Virus record (IMG/VR): IMGVR_UViG_3300011223_000001
Coordinates: 1 to 64,000 of that record
Direction: 5' to 3' (one strand)
Origin: an uncultured virus (IMG/VR IMGVR_UViG_3300011223_000001)
Lineage: Duplodnaviria; Heunggongvirae; Uroviricota; Caudoviricetes
Length of the DNA: 64,000 bases
Part shown: positions 38,645 through 49,289 of the stretch, one piece after another
Numbering within the stretch: the first letter of the stretch is position 1
How the letters are laid out: every line of letters starts with the position of its first letter
Translations under genes and position numbers: made by a program
Notes under the pieces: generated by a model
What the model was told of the DNA's origin: nothing
What the model saw: the letters and a program-made list of their open reading frames with translations, nothing else
Database searches by the model: none

Positions 38645-38741
38645 TACCCCTGTCTATTATGTAGTGTCATAGGTCTGACCTATGGTATCTCCTCCTTTTG
38701 GCTCCCCGCAAGGGGAGTCTTTTGTTTTGACAGGACCGCTC

Positions 38742-40913
38742 ATGGGTATTCGAAACGCGTTTGTACTTCCGGATGCAGAATACATCCGGGACTTGAATAT
38801 CATCGACGGCACCATCGACGATAATGCGCGCTACATTTCGTTGATGACACAAGACCCTTACGACGAGTGTCGTAGTTTTGTGAAAGACGCCCTTATGCCA
38901 GGCGGCGAATTCGCACTTAGAAACCCAAAGGCTTTGATCCTTGACAAAGACCTCAATGGGGATCGCACCGCTGTGACCGGAACAGTCATGGGGTTTATCA
39001 AACGGGTAGAGCAGCAGGGCCTTCTCCTGTCGCCGTCGATGACGGCCTATATGCCGGAGACTGAACGCCAGTCCACCCACGCCCTCTACATTGAAGAGGG
39101 TGTAAAGAACCGCTCGGTTGTAAAGAAGGAAATGATCGAGGCTGAACGTCAAGCTGAAAACACCGAAGAGCAGATGGCCAAGGCCCGATTCAAAGAAACA
39201 GCGTTGATGAAAAAGGGTGCGCAAAACAACCTGAAAATCAACAATAACTCCTATTCAGGAGCCACTGTTTCTGTTGCCACCATCCTTCACTACAAGTCCA
39301 CCCACTCGTCTTTGACCTCCACTTGTCGCAGTGCGACGTCTTATGCCAACGCCTCGAACGAGAAGTTCATTCAAGGCAACCGCCATTACTACACCCCTGA
39401 GGTGGTTAAGGCCAACCTGATCTCGATCATCAACCTGGCCCCGCTGGACACGATCCAACAGGCCGTCGAGAAACACGGGTTGGTATACCCAACCCCAGAC
39501 CAGGTCATGGACATGGTCCACGAGTCCAGTAAGAACTACTGGCAAGATACCCCGCAGATGAACCGTCTGCGTATCTTGGTAACAAACATGACTCCGGTGC
39601 AGCGTGCTGCGGTGATGTACGTGGGAGACATGTACCACCTGTACCTGCTGAATAAAACAGTCATTCGCACTTTCTTGTTGCAAATGGCGCAGGTGGGTGA
39701 CCCAACCAAGACGCCGTTGACCAACGACGAATACCGTAAGGTTGACAGCGACACGAAGTTGCTGGCCACCTTTATTTGCTACCAAGAAATGGCTGGTCGC
39801 AAGATGGACCAGTTGCTGACCGATGCACCGGGCGAACACGCCAAGGTATTGGCCACAGCCGGAAATGCGTTGCAGACACTGGAACAGTACGAACTGATAC
39901 TCAAGGCCTTCTTCCTCACCAAGTGCTTGCCGTCTTCGATCCATGCGTTCCCGTCCATCCGCCGTAAAGCTGTACCCATCTCCGACACTGACTCGACGAT
40001 GTTTACCTTGATGTGGTGGGTAAACGAACTGTTCCCCAAAGAAGAAGCATTCACCCCTGAAGCCCGTCGCCTGGTGTTTGCCATGGTGTACATGGTGTCT
40101 GAAGTGGTGATGCACATCTTGGCGGTGCTGTCGCGCAACATGGGTGTCTCGGATGCCAAGCTGCGCCTGCTGGCCATGAAGAATGAGTACTACTTTGAAG
40201 TGCTCAGCCTGACCACGCGTTCCAAGCACTACTACGCATCGCAAGATGCACTGGAAGGGGTGATGTTCAGCAAAGCGAAGATGGAAGTCAAAGGCGTAGG
40301 TCTGCGGGACTCTAAGGTGCCGCCGCGTATTCAGGCCCGTGCCAAGAAAATGATGGGTCGGATTATCGACACCATCAAGTCCGGCAAGCGGATCAAAATG
40401 ATCGAGCTGCTCACCGAAGTCGCTGACATCGAGCGCGACATCATCCGCTCGCTTGAAAGCGGTAAGTTCGAGTTCTTGACCACAGCCCAGGTAAAACCGG
40501 CAGACTCGTACAAGTCCGACGACAACGCCACCTTCAAACAGTACGGCCTGTGGCAGGAGGTGTTCGCCCCTTCGTTCGGCGCCACGCAAAGCCCACCGTA
40601 TCAAGCGGTTAAATTGAGCTTGGCCACCCACAACCGTACCGAGATGGAAGCCTGGTGCAATAAGATGCAAAACCCGGTGCTGGCCAACCGCCTGCGTACC
40701 TGGATGATGCGTGAAGGTAAACGTGAGTTGACCACACTGATCATCCCAGTGGCGGTGGTAGAGGGCACAGGCATTCCGAAAGAGATCACCTGCGCCATCG
40801 ATACCCGCCGTGTAATATCCAACGTCATGGGTGCGTTTTACATCATCCTTGAATCGCTGGGGATTATGTTGGTGGAGAAGAACAACATCCGCCTTGTGTC
40901 TGATTACTATTGA
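38742..40913 (+). CDS. Family-B DNA polymerase, polymerase domain (phiKZ gp50-like)
   Basis: KINNNSYSG (region III), ISDTDST (region I), KHYY, EVKGV. No exonuclease domain recognised, consistent with the split polymerase of this group. Confidence 0.85.
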   Translation: MGIRNAFVLPDAEYIRDLNIIDGTIDDNARYISLMTQDPYDECRSFVKDALMPGGEFALRNPKALILDKDLNGDRTAVTGTVMGFIKRVEQQGLLLSPSMTAYMPETERQSTHALYIEEGVKNRSVVKKEMIEAERQAENTEEQMAKARFKETALMKKGAQNNLKINNNSYSGATVSVATILHYKSTHSSLTSTCRSATSYANASNEKFIQGNRHYYTPEVVKANLISIINLAPLDTIQQAVEKHGLVYPTPDQVMDMVHESSKNYWQDTPQMNRLRILVTNMTPVQRAAVMYVGDMYHLYLLNKTVIRTFLLQMAQVGDPTKTPLTNDEYRKVDSDTKLLATFICYQEMAGRKMDQLLTDAPGEHAKVLATAGNALQTLEQYELILKAFFLTKCLPSSIHAFPSIRRKAVPISDTDSTMFTLMWWVNELFPKEEAFTPEARRLVFAMVYMVSEVVMHILAVLSRNMGVSDAKLRLLAMKNEYYFEVLSLTTRSKHYYASQDALEGVMFSKAKMEVKGVGLRDSKVPPRIQARAKKMMGRIIDTIKSGKRIKMIELLTEVADIERDIIRSLESGKFEFLTTAQVKPADSYKSDDNATFKQYGLWQEVFAPSFGATQSPPYQAVKLSLATHNRTEMEAWCNKMQNPVLANRLRTWMMREGKRELTTLIIPVAVVEGTGIPKEITCAIDTRRVISNVMGAFYIILESLGIMLVEKNNIRLVSDYY

Positions 40914-40963
40914 TCCACTTACCCCGGGTAACACCGGGGTTCTTTTATTCCGTTTAGGAGACA

Positions 40964-41359
40964 TTGATGTCCATCGTAATGCCAACACCCACCGAGCGTG
41001 GTTTGATTGAACTGCGGGTTACAGACTTCGAACACGTGCTGAAACCGCTATTTACCCAAGCTGTTAGTACACGCGATTTGCGTTCTTATCTGATCACCGC
41101 AACGCCACCACGCATGGAAGCCGCCAACGAGTGGTTCGGTCAAGGCGTGTACCGCCGGCGCGGTTGGAGCGATCGCTACGCAGTGATTGAGCTTGATGAC
41201 CACTTTCTCATAATCCCGGAGGGGGAGTGTGACACCATCTGGCGCCAAGACAAGTACGGACACAAGCTGCATTATGCCCTGCGGCACAATCGCACCCTCA
41301 CGTTCATGGGCCGCGATTTGATTGACGGACTCACCAAACTGAACGAGAAATACTCATGA
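40964..41359 (+). CDS. Hypothetical protein
   Basis: ~130 aa; AGGAG RBS. Confidence 0.65.
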   Translation: MMSIVMPTPTERGLIELRVTDFEHVLKPLFTQAVSTRDLRSYLITATPPRMEAANEWFGQGVYRRRGWSDRYAVIELDDHFLIIPEGECDTIWRQDKYGHKLHYALRHNRTLTFMGRDLIDGLTKLNEKYS

Positions 41360-42174
41360 CGTATAAAGTAGCAACCCCCGAACAGGCTTATCGCAGCGAC
41401 AACCTTTATGAAAACCGTCTGACTAAAGCCATGGATTACTTGAGTACACTCTTGTCTGCACCCAAGGCCGTGGACTTCCTTAAGTTGGTCGGACATAAGC
41501 CAACGTACGTCATCGAGTACAATATGGCGGGCGGTTGCCCAGAGGGTGTCGATGACCTCATGGCGAACCGTATCGTCGAGTTATTCAGAGAAGCCGGTTG
41601 GCATGAAGCCTATTGGCAAGAACTACCCGCCGAAGCCACCAACCCCTTCAACCCAAAATGGGGTTATGTGTTTTACTTCGAGCGCCCGGTTGAGTCTGTT
41701 CCGTACCAAGTCATGGCGCGGTTGGCTAAGGATGCCGTCGGTACCACGGCCTTCGTCAAAGACGAGTCGGGTAATGTCCGCACCACCACAGCTGAGTTGC
41801 GTACGTTGTGCGAAACTATTGTCAGCCGCGCCGATGGACGGGAGTTTGTTATCCCCTCCCACGACAATGGCTCGATTGACTTCAGGGATGATAGCTTCAA
41901 AGGCTCTGGTGTTTACTTGCTTCATGGGCGTGGGTCGAGGGTACTGTTATTGGACATGGGTGACCTCTACTTGGTCTATGTGGCTGCCAGTGGAGCCATC
42001 TTCTACCGCAGTAAGGAAAACATGCCGCCCGGTATTAATTTTCTGGCACTGCATCCCGGCCATTCTTTGACCGCTGTTGCAATGGGTTGGCGTAGCTTCC
42101 CTATGGGTAGCTTGGTATTCCCGGGTGCTGTTCTCGTAACCGAACTGGACAAACTGGCGAACCAATATGACTAA
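41356..42174 (+). CDS. Hypothetical protein
   Basis: 272 aa; ATGA overlap. Confidence 0.7.
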   Translation: MTYKVATPEQAYRSDNLYENRLTKAMDYLSTLLSAPKAVDFLKLVGHKPTYVIEYNMAGGCPEGVDDLMANRIVELFREAGWHEAYWQELPAEATNPFNPKWGYVFYFERPVESVPYQVMARLAKDAVGTTAFVKDESGNVRTTTAELRTLCETIVSRADGREFVIPSHDNGSIDFRDDSFKGSGVYLLHGRGSRVLLLDMGDLYLVYVAASGAIFYRSKENMPPGINFLALHPGHSLTAVAMGWRSFPMGSLVFPGAVLVTELDKLANQYD

Positions 42175-42916
42175 CGACGCGCGGGGCTATCATCAACCTT
42201 TGTTCAACTTCTTTCCACGGGCACACCACCTGGCGGTTTCGGAGCATATGGCTATGATTGGACACCCAATGTTGACGTTTCCCTCTTTTGAGAAGTACGC
42301 GGGTTTGCGTCGCGGTACGCTGCATTTCACGGCGCAAAGTAAAACCGCACCCAAAGACATCAATCGGCTGTTCAACCGCTACCTAATGGAGCGGTTTGAT
42401 ATGGCTCAACGTGAGATGTGTAGAGCCCTTGGCAACCCAATCAAGTTACGGTTCCAGTCGTGGCCGGGCTATGATCGACTCGATGATGCGTATTATGCGC
42501 GGATTTCGTACAAAGACCAATACCTCCCACTCCTGGGTTCGGTTCTACCGCGACTCACACCACTGATGTTCCTGCGTATGCTGGACAGAACAACCCGGCT
42601 TCATTATCCCAAGGGTAAATCGACGACACCCGGGTTGTACTCACATCTGACACTGCCGTTGGTGCCGATGTATCGTTGGCCTGCGTCTGTGGGCTTGCGC
42701 ATGTCGATGGTCAAACTCCAGTTGGCTGAGCACCGCTACATGCCCTACGACTACATGGACTCGTACTACTACTACCCTGCGTTGAGTCTGGAAGAAGAGA
42801 AGCAAATACAGGCCCTGAAGCACAAGATTCGCGGCGCATCGGGCAAGTCCATCGCGCCTGAGGTTGCCTTCAAGCCTGATATCGAAGCCGACTACAAACG
42901 GTGGGCTTCTCGCTAA
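42167..42916 (+). CDS. Hypothetical basic protein
   Basis: 249 aa. Confidence 0.65.
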   Translation: MTNDARGYHQPLFNFFPRAHHLAVSEHMAMIGHPMLTFPSFEKYAGLRRGTLHFTAQSKTAPKDINRLFNRYLMERFDMAQREMCRALGNPIKLRFQSWPGYDRLDDAYYARISYKDQYLPLLGSVLPRLTPLMFLRMLDRTTRLHYPKGKSTTPGLYSHLTLPLVPMYRWPASVGLRMSMVKLQLAEHRYMPYDYMDSYYYYPALSLEEEKQIQALKHKIRGASGKSIAPEVAFKPDIEADYKRWASR

Positions 42917-42953
42917 ACGGCATAACACCCCTCCCGGTCGGGAGGGGCCTATG

Positions 42954-44030
42954 TCAGCTAACCATTGCCAAGACTTGCTCAACTTGCGTTTTGTAGATCT
43001 TCGCCAGCTCGGGGTCGCCTACCGTACCAACGGTGTTGTCCCATTTGGCCTCCAATAACGCGATCTTGATTTTGCCGAGTGCAGCACGGTCGATGCCCGT
43101 GGGACCGGTCAGTGCTTGGCTTACGAGGTACTTCACGTAAGGTAGGCGTGCAAGGATCACCGCCCATTCGTTCTGACGGGTCACGGGGTCACGTGGGATA
43201 CCTGCGGTTTCAAACAGGTTGTCCTTTGCGATCACAGGAGTCGCCCACGCGAGTTGCTCGATGTCTTTGTTGCGCTGCTTTGATGCCTCATTGACAATCT
43301 TGCAGATGCCCTCGATACGTGGCGACATGTCCGTCAGATAGAACGGGTGTGGGGTTGGGTAGTTGGGTGTACCGATACCTTGGGCAGAACGGGCCAGCCT
43401 GTTAAAGAAGGCAATGTCCAGATAACTGTCGATGGCGTTAGGCAACACATAACCACCAATGAACTTTGCCAGGCTGTCTTTAGCATCGGCTTCGGCGTAC
43501 ATCCGCAACCAGTAGCGATACTGCACCGCCAGCATGGGGATGTTAAGTGTCGCCACCCCGTAGCCTTTACCTGCCGTCTTGTTGTTCATGATCGGTAGGT
43601 TAAGGTCGGTTCGACTGTGGTACAGATATCGAAATGGCGTCAGTTCACGCCAGCGCTGTTTCAAGTCGGTGCAGTCAAAGGTTTCTGAGTTAGCAATGAT
43701 TACTTCACTGGTGGCCTCACCGAGCGTTACCCCTTTGGTAAAGCTCTTACCTCGACTGATGGACGAACAGAAGCCGAAAGACTTAATCAGCGGATCGACC
43801 GTGTCTTCTACCATGGCGGCGAAACTACGGTCATCAAGATCCATCCGGATATGGAGGTGCTTAAGCAACCCTGCGAAGATGTGTTGGCCTTCGACGTGTT
43901 TGGGATAACGACGGTAGTAAGACTTCACATCTTCCAGCATGCATCCATACATCCGCCGGACGTAGATGAGATCAGGGAAAACATAGGCACTCGTCTTTCG
44001 GGACGCTACACCTTTGAAAAGATCGTACAT
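42954..44030 (-). CDS. Conserved core protein (phiKZ gp52-like)
   Basis: 358 aa; divergent from chimallin; NIPMLAVQYR, YVLPN. Confidence 0.6.
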   Translation of the reverse strand: MYDLFKGVASRKTSAYVFPDLIYVRRMYGCMLEDVKSYYRRYPKHVEGQHIFAGLLKHLHIRMDLDDRSFAAMVEDTVDPLIKSFGFCSSISRGKSFTKGVTLGEATSEVIIANSETFDCTDLKQRWRELTPFRYLYHSRTDLNLPIMNNKTAGKGYGVATLNIPMLAVQYRYWLRMYAEADAKDSLAKFIGGYVLPNAIDSYLDIAFFNRLARSAQGIGTPNYPTPHPFYLTDMSPRIEGICKIVNEASKQRNKDIEQLAWATPVIAKDNLFETAGIPRDPVTRQNEWAVILARLPYVKYLVSQALTGPTGIDRAALGKIKIALLEAKWDNTVGTVGDPELAKIYKTQVEQVLAMVS

Positions 44031-44109
44031 GGCTTAATCCCGAATGAAAAAATATTAACCTCTATATCATCTTTGTGATAATGAACCAGTAATGCTAAGG
44101 AGCAACATC

Positions 44110-44262
44110 GTGGGCACCCCTCTGTCTGTAGAAGAACGCGTACAACTGGCTGCTAATAAAGGCGCCAACATTTCCCTGGAAGACTGGCAGGGCGAAGACG
44201 GTCAAGCTGAACTGAGTTCGTTCCTCGACTCGCTCGATGTACCGCGAGAAACAGACGAATAA
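44110..44262 (+). CDS. 50-aa acidic protein
   Basis: GTG after TAAGGAG; MGTPLSVEERVQLAANKG...PRETDE; own TATATCA promoter at 44063. Confidence 0.6.
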   Translation: MGTPLSVEERVQLAANKGANISLEDWQGEDGQAELSSFLDSLDVPRETDE

Positions 44263-44469
44263 AAGAATTACACGCGGTAGTGTATAGTATGTGAACTAGC
44301 GTATGGTTCATCGCACCCTACGGTGTATGTCCCTATGCTGCCGACTATAAAGCCTTTTCTGACATCGTCAGAAATTGTAAAATCAAAAATACTCAAGGTA
44401 TATATCACGTAGTGGCATACCGATCGTGATCGACCTTTATCGCAACACCCAACCAAAAGGAAACAACCG

Positions 44470-46350
44470 ATGTCCTCCATCATCGACGACGAAAACACCG
44501 GCAACAACGGTCAAGCACAACAACCTTCCGGTGGCGCGCCGCTGGGTGGTGCTCACCCGTACCAACAACCAGTAGAACAGGCGAAACGCAACATGCAACT
44601 GGGTGATGTCAACTCCGTCCTGGCCCGTGGTGGCAAGGCCGAAAACACCGAGGGCCGTTCCGGCGAACTGCTCACCGCGCTGACCGCAGCCGGTAAAGCA
44701 GCAGTCGCCAGCCAGAACCTCGATGCCAACTACGATCTGGTCCGCTTCGACCGCGACCAACACCGCGTCGGCGTCGGTGCCATCCTGGTACTGCGTGCCT
44801 TCCGCAAGGGCTCCGAGAGCTACATCGCGGTTCGCCCACTGCTGGTAGAAAACAAGCAGGTCAGCCTCAAGCCGCGCATCCTGAACATCGGTTCTGAGCG
44901 CATCGAGATCCCGACCTACGTGGCCGACACGCTGAGCGACGACTACTGGAACCGTGTGGTCAACCATGTTCGCGATCACGTCTCCAACAAGAACGCCATC
45001 GTGGCCAACGCCGGCTACCTGGAAGTGCCGCACGATTTCGACGTGTCTGAAAAGAACAGCGCCGATGTGTCCAAGCTGCTGACCACTTCGGTCAACCGCT
45101 GCGACGACGTCCTGGCCCGTGTCAACGGCGAGAAGCCTTTCAACATCGGCCAGTTCAAAGCCGAGAACGAACTGCTGACGGCCAAGCTGGACTTCTCCGG
45201 TGTTCCGCGCTACGACCTGTTCGGTCAGCCGTACCGCAATGACATCCAAGTCAGCATGAACCGCTCGATCAAAGGCAGCGCCGACGCCGATCCGTTCTAC
45301 GACGCAGACACCCAGTTCTCCTCGGTGTCCTGCTATGTGAACCTGGAATACGTACTGCCTGCACAGCAGCAAGGCTACGCCCCGACGGCCATGGTCGAAA
45401 CCCAGCTGTTCACCCCGACCATCGTCATCACCGACGTACGTCAAGCCAGCTGGATCGCGGCCAACACGCCAGAGCTGTACTTCCTGGCGCTGAGCAACGC
45501 CTACCGTGTTACTGCTGGCACCGCCTGGGCCGGCAGCCTGTTGCCTGACGTTGCCCGCAAGGACGACCCACGCGACATCGGCGCGCTGACCTACATGACC
45601 CAGGATGGCAAGAAGACCAAGACCAAGACCGAAACCTTCACGCCGCAGCACTTCGGCGAGCTGATGTTCCACCTGGTCCGTCCGAACCCAACCTTCCTGA
45701 TCGACATCAACCCAGTCGGCGAAAACGCTGCCATCGAAAACGTGCTGCTCCTGGCCGCTACCGATGGTCCGGCTCGCGAGAAGGCTGTACAGGTACTGGT
45801 AAACAGCCTGAACAACCTGACCGGCGGCCACTTCAGCCAGCAGTTCGACCACACCAAGCGCCACATCATCCGCATGTACGGCACCGACGTGCACCGTGGT
45901 TTCTACCTGGACGAGCGCGAAGAGCGCCACGACCTGCGTGACCTCGGCACCCTGGAAGCACTGAACGCCTCGGGCGGCAACGTCCAAGAGTTCATCGCCT
46001 ACTACCGCACCATGTGCGATGCCAGCGTCAACGCTGAACTGCGTCTGAAGCAGCGCACTGGCTACGAGCGCCAGTACCTGTCCCAGAACCTGGTGATCCG
46101 CGGCAAGTACCACCGCCTGGTATGGACCCCCGAGTTCATCATCGCTCTGGACAACGCGGTCAAAGCGGCCGGCGTATCGGTCGACGTCGAGAACGTCTCC
46201 ACCGTATACGGCACCCAGCGCTTCACCGGCAACACTGCTGTTACCCAGTTTGCTGTACAACAGCAAGCGCAGTACGGCATGGGCGGCGGTCAAGTCAACG
46301 GTGGCTACGGCGTATCGGTCGGCACCGGTGCGGGCACCATGGCCTACTAA
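44470..46350 (+). CDS. chmA: Chimallin, phage nucleus shell protein
   Basis: 626 aa with very strong codon bias, low-complexity N- and C-tails and PTIVITD; immediately upstream of nvRNAP beta'-N, as phiKZ gp54 is. Confidence 0.85.
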   Translation: MSSIIDDENTGNNGQAQQPSGGAPLGGAHPYQQPVEQAKRNMQLGDVNSVLARGGKAENTEGRSGELLTALTAAGKAAVASQNLDANYDLVRFDRDQHRVGVGAILVLRAFRKGSESYIAVRPLLVENKQVSLKPRILNIGSERIEIPTYVADTLSDDYWNRVVNHVRDHVSNKNAIVANAGYLEVPHDFDVSEKNSADVSKLLTTSVNRCDDVLARVNGEKPFNIGQFKAENELLTAKLDFSGVPRYDLFGQPYRNDIQVSMNRSIKGSADADPFYDADTQFSSVSCYVNLEYVLPAQQQGYAPTAMVETQLFTPTIVITDVRQASWIAANTPELYFLALSNAYRVTAGTAWAGSLLPDVARKDDPRDIGALTYMTQDGKKTKTKTETFTPQHFGELMFHLVRPNPTFLIDINPVGENAAIENVLLLAATDGPAREKAVQVLVNSLNNLTGGHFSQQFDHTKRHIIRMYGTDVHRGFYLDEREERHDLRDLGTLEALNASGGNVQEFIAYYRTMCDASVNAELRLKQRTGYERQYLSQNLVIRGKYHRLVWTPEFIIALDNAVKAAGVSVDVENVSTVYGTQRFTGNTAVTQFAVQQQAQYGMGGGQVNGGYGVSVGTGAGTMAY

Positions 46351-46377
46351 GGTCAGTTGCTGTACCCTGCGGTATAA

Positions 46378-46411
46378 AGAGGGGGCCTTCGGGCTCCCTC
46401 TCTCTTTTTTT
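46378..46411 (+). terminator. Intrinsic terminator after chmA
   Basis: AGAGGGGGCC-TTCG-GGCTCCCTCT-CTCTTTTTTT. Confidence 0.85.
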
Positions 46412-46437
46412 GCCCTCCCACACGGAAAGGACAAGCT

Positions 46438-47685
46438 ATGGGTGTTAGCCTTCAGTGTGTTGACCATGATGAGGTTTTCGATAACCTTCCTTACGAACCC
46501 TTGATGGTGAATTCACTTGACACCAGTACCCCGGAGAAACTGGTAGAGTTCAAGCGTCACATTTATAGCCACTACAACAACAGCGACACGATCGAAGAGT
46601 CAGCTGCCTGTACGTGTAAAAAGATCACCGACGTTGACAAGATCGGCACCTATTGCCCTGACTGTCACACGAAAGTGGAAGGCAGTAATGATCGGCCGAT
46701 CGTGCCAAGCATGTGGATGGAAGCACCCGAGGGTGTGACCAGTCTGATCAGCCCACACCTGTGGATCATCCTCGATCAGAACACCACCACCAAGGAATTC
46801 AATTTCCTGCGGTATCTGACCGATACCAAATGGAAATTTGTGTACGAGCGATTGAGCTCTAAGGAGACCAAGCGTAAAGTAGACCGTCTGCTTGAAAAGA
46901 ACTTTGAGCGTGGTTTGAATGCGTTCATCAAGAACTTCGATGAGATCGTCGAGTTCTTCTTCCAGGCAAACATCATCGACAAGAACAAAGCCGAGCTGGC
47001 AGCGTTCATCGCGAACAACAAGCACTGTTTCTTCCCGCAGGTCTTGCCGTTACCAAGCCGGGTCTGTATGGTGGTCGAATCAACCACCAGCGGCACCTAC
47101 ATCGACAAGCCGATCTTGCTTGCAGTGGATGCGGCCTTGTCGATGGCTTCAATCGGGTCAACCAACTTTAAGTTGAAACCGATGGAAGTGCAGAACATCA
47201 CGGCGCAGTCGATCGCCACCTTGAGTATGTTCCACCAGATCTACGACAAGGAGCGCTTGGCGCGTAAGCCCGGTCTGATTCGTCGGCATGTGCTTGCCAG
47301 TAGTTTGTACCTCACTGGCCGTAACGTGATCACCTCGATTTCCAAGCCACACAACTACGAGCAGATCGAACTGCCGTGGGGTATGGCTGTACAGCTGTTC
47401 AAGTACCACATCATCTCCAAACTGTTCCGCCGTAACTACACGGCAAACGAAGCGTTGGCCGAAGTGTATTCGAACGTGCTGAACGATGTTCCCAACCCAC
47501 TGTTGGTTGAGATCTTCAACGAGTTGATTGCAGAATCCAATGGCGGCCTGGGCCCAGCCTGTATCTTCGGGCGCAACCCGACGTTGCAGCGTGGTTCGAC
47601 GCAGATGTTCTACATCGGCACGATCAAGTCGAACACCCGCGACAACACCATCTCGATGTCAGTGCTCTGCCTTAAAGCACCTAAT
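46438..47685 (+). CDS. Non-virion RNAP beta'-N subunit, exon 1 (phiKZ gp55-like)
   Basis: Zn-binding CTC...CPDC, GRNVITS, GRNPTLQRGS; ends LKAPN. Confidence 0.88.
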
Positions 47686-48068
47686 TTGATTCTATTAACT
47701 GGTTCTCCCAAGGGGTAATCCTTGGGTAGTGTTCTCTCTAATTGCTGGAAACCCCTAAAGCCTGTTCACCACTGCGAGGCGAAAGCCAAAGCCACGGTTT
47801 GAAAACGAACAGGATGTACAATGGGCAATCAGCAGCCAAGCTCCGTCCAGGAGAAGGTTCAACGACTATTACGCCAGCAGGTGCGGCGGCTAACGCAAGT
47901 TAGTGTAGGGCCCAAGTGGGTGGCGCAAGCCTTAAATCGAAATGGGAGACACCCGACTCGCTTAGCGAAGGGTGAAGATATAGTCTCGACATCCAGTGAA
48001 AGCTGGAGCGGTTCCTGGACATCACCACAGGAACGGGGCAGGTCTAACGAACCTGCTTGAAGGCCTCG
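47686..48068 (+). mobile_element. Group I intron, 383 nt, no homing endonuclease ORF
   Basis: P AATTGCTGGAA (47740), Q AATCAGCAG (47827), R GTTCAACGACTA (47857), S AAGATATAGTCT (47975). The 5' exon ends in U and the intron in G; removal restores PN-ADFDGD. Confidence 0.9.
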
Positions 48069-48293
48069 GCTGACTTCGATGGTGACCAACTCAACCTTAC
48101 CTTGCTGACAGACAACCAGCTCACCCAGGCGGCCTCGCGACTCGCGCCCCACCTGTGGGTATGGTCGTTAGGCGCACCGCACCAGATCTCGAACAACTTG
48201 GAAATCCAAGGGCCCGTGATCGAAACGGCAGCAAGCTGGATTACCCGAGCACGTCTGAAAGCTAAGGCCAAACGAGAAGGCGTAAGCACATGA
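48069..48293 (+). CDS. Non-virion RNAP beta'-N subunit, exon 2 (catalytic DFDGD)
   Basis: ADFDGDQLN...APH; spliced product ~490 aa. Confidence 0.88.
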   Translation, partial: ADFDGDQLNLTLLTDNQLTQAASRLAPHLWVWSLGAPHQISNNLEIQGPVIETAASWITRARLKAKAKREGVST

Positions 48294-48901
48294 GTGGACT
48301 CTCGATCGGCAGCGGGGACATTATCGATGTCTTTGCTGGCGGACACCTTAGTCAATCAACCACGCAATGGCTGAGCCAACGGAATGAGTCGTTAATGGGC
48401 ACGGTCACCGCCGCTGCTCAAAACTTCTTCCACCAAGCACAGTCGATGTACAACATGGTGTCCACGTCGGATGCCATGATGCTGCTGCGTAACCTTACCA
48501 CCAAAAGCGAAAACACTTGGTCCTTTAACATCGCCGAAGCGCGCACGCTGACAGAGGTCCAAACAGCCAACCCCTTCATGCAACGTTGGATCATGGCCCA
48601 ACCGGATCTGCGTCAGCGCTACCTGTATCAGGAAGTGGAAGGCTACGGTGATTCGTATGTGAACTACCACGGTGATGCCGTCGGTGAAGCGCACCACGAC
48701 TACCGCCGGGTCATGGATGGTGTGGTAACCCACACCGAGAAAGAGTTCGGATATAAACACTACCATGACCTATTGGGTGAAGGTGAACGTGAACTCACGG
48801 TGTTTGAGAAAGTCGATGTATTGCGCACGTGGGCACGCGTAGCCCATATGCTCGAAGAAGGTGACGACGACCCAACGTCGGTTACTGGCGCCAAACTCTA
48901 A
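48290..48901 (+). CDS. Conserved hypothetical protein
   Basis: 203 aa; WIMAQP, DYRRVMDG, DPTS. Confidence 0.7.
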   Translation: MSGLSIGSGDIIDVFAGGHLSQSTTQWLSQRNESLMGTVTAAAQNFFHQAQSMYNMVSTSDAMMLLRNLTTKSENTWSFNIAEARTLTEVQTANPFMQRWIMAQPDLRQRYLYQEVEGYGDSYVNYHGDAVGEAHHDYRRVMDGVVTHTEKEFGYKHYHDLLGEGERELTVFEKVDVLRTWARVAHMLEEGDDDPTSVTGAKL

Positions 48902-48950
48902 CTAACCCTAGGCCGCTCTTCGGAGCGGCCCTTATACCGAGACTAACATC

Positions 48951-49289
48951 ATGTATTATCTCTTAGAGAAAAACAGCAAAGGTTTCTACGAAGTCGATGG
49001 CCGCGATACGCGGTTGGTCATTGAAACACCCGGTGTTGTTGTTGGTAATGCCAGCGACAGCCCGGTAAACGTCACGTTCCAGATCGGTGAAGATACCTAC
49101 TTCATCGAAGCGGGTACCTGTGAAAACGGACGCATCATGGAAATCAGCCGCCTGATGTTCGACGCCAATGACAACGTAGTCGATCGCCAGCTGCTCGAAG
49201 GGCTGGAGATTATCCGTAACCACCCGGTTCTCGAGTTCATCCAGGTCAGTGGCGCCTCCCTCAAACGCGAACCACTGGTGAAAGAATGA
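48951..49289 (+). CDS. Hypothetical protein
   Basis: 112 aa. Confidence 0.65.
   Translation: MYYLLEKNSKGFYEVDGRDTRLVIETPGVVVGNASDSPVNVTFQIGEDTYFIEAGTCENGRIMEISRLMFDANDNVVDRQLLEGLEIIRNHPVLEFIQVSGASLKREPLVKE

Noticed and set aside
44437..46467. 676-aa antisense ORF over chmA
   Set aside because: Same codon-bias shadow; similar shadows lie over nrdB, terL, phuZ and the DNA polymerase.
47821..48060. 79-aa ORF inside the intron as a homing endonuclease
   Set aside because: It overlaps the Q/R/S ribozyme core and has no HNH, GIY-YIG or LAGLIDADG motif.
47686..48068. nvRNAP gene as a pseudogene or frameshift
   Set aside because: The interruption is fully explained by a group I intron with precise junctions.
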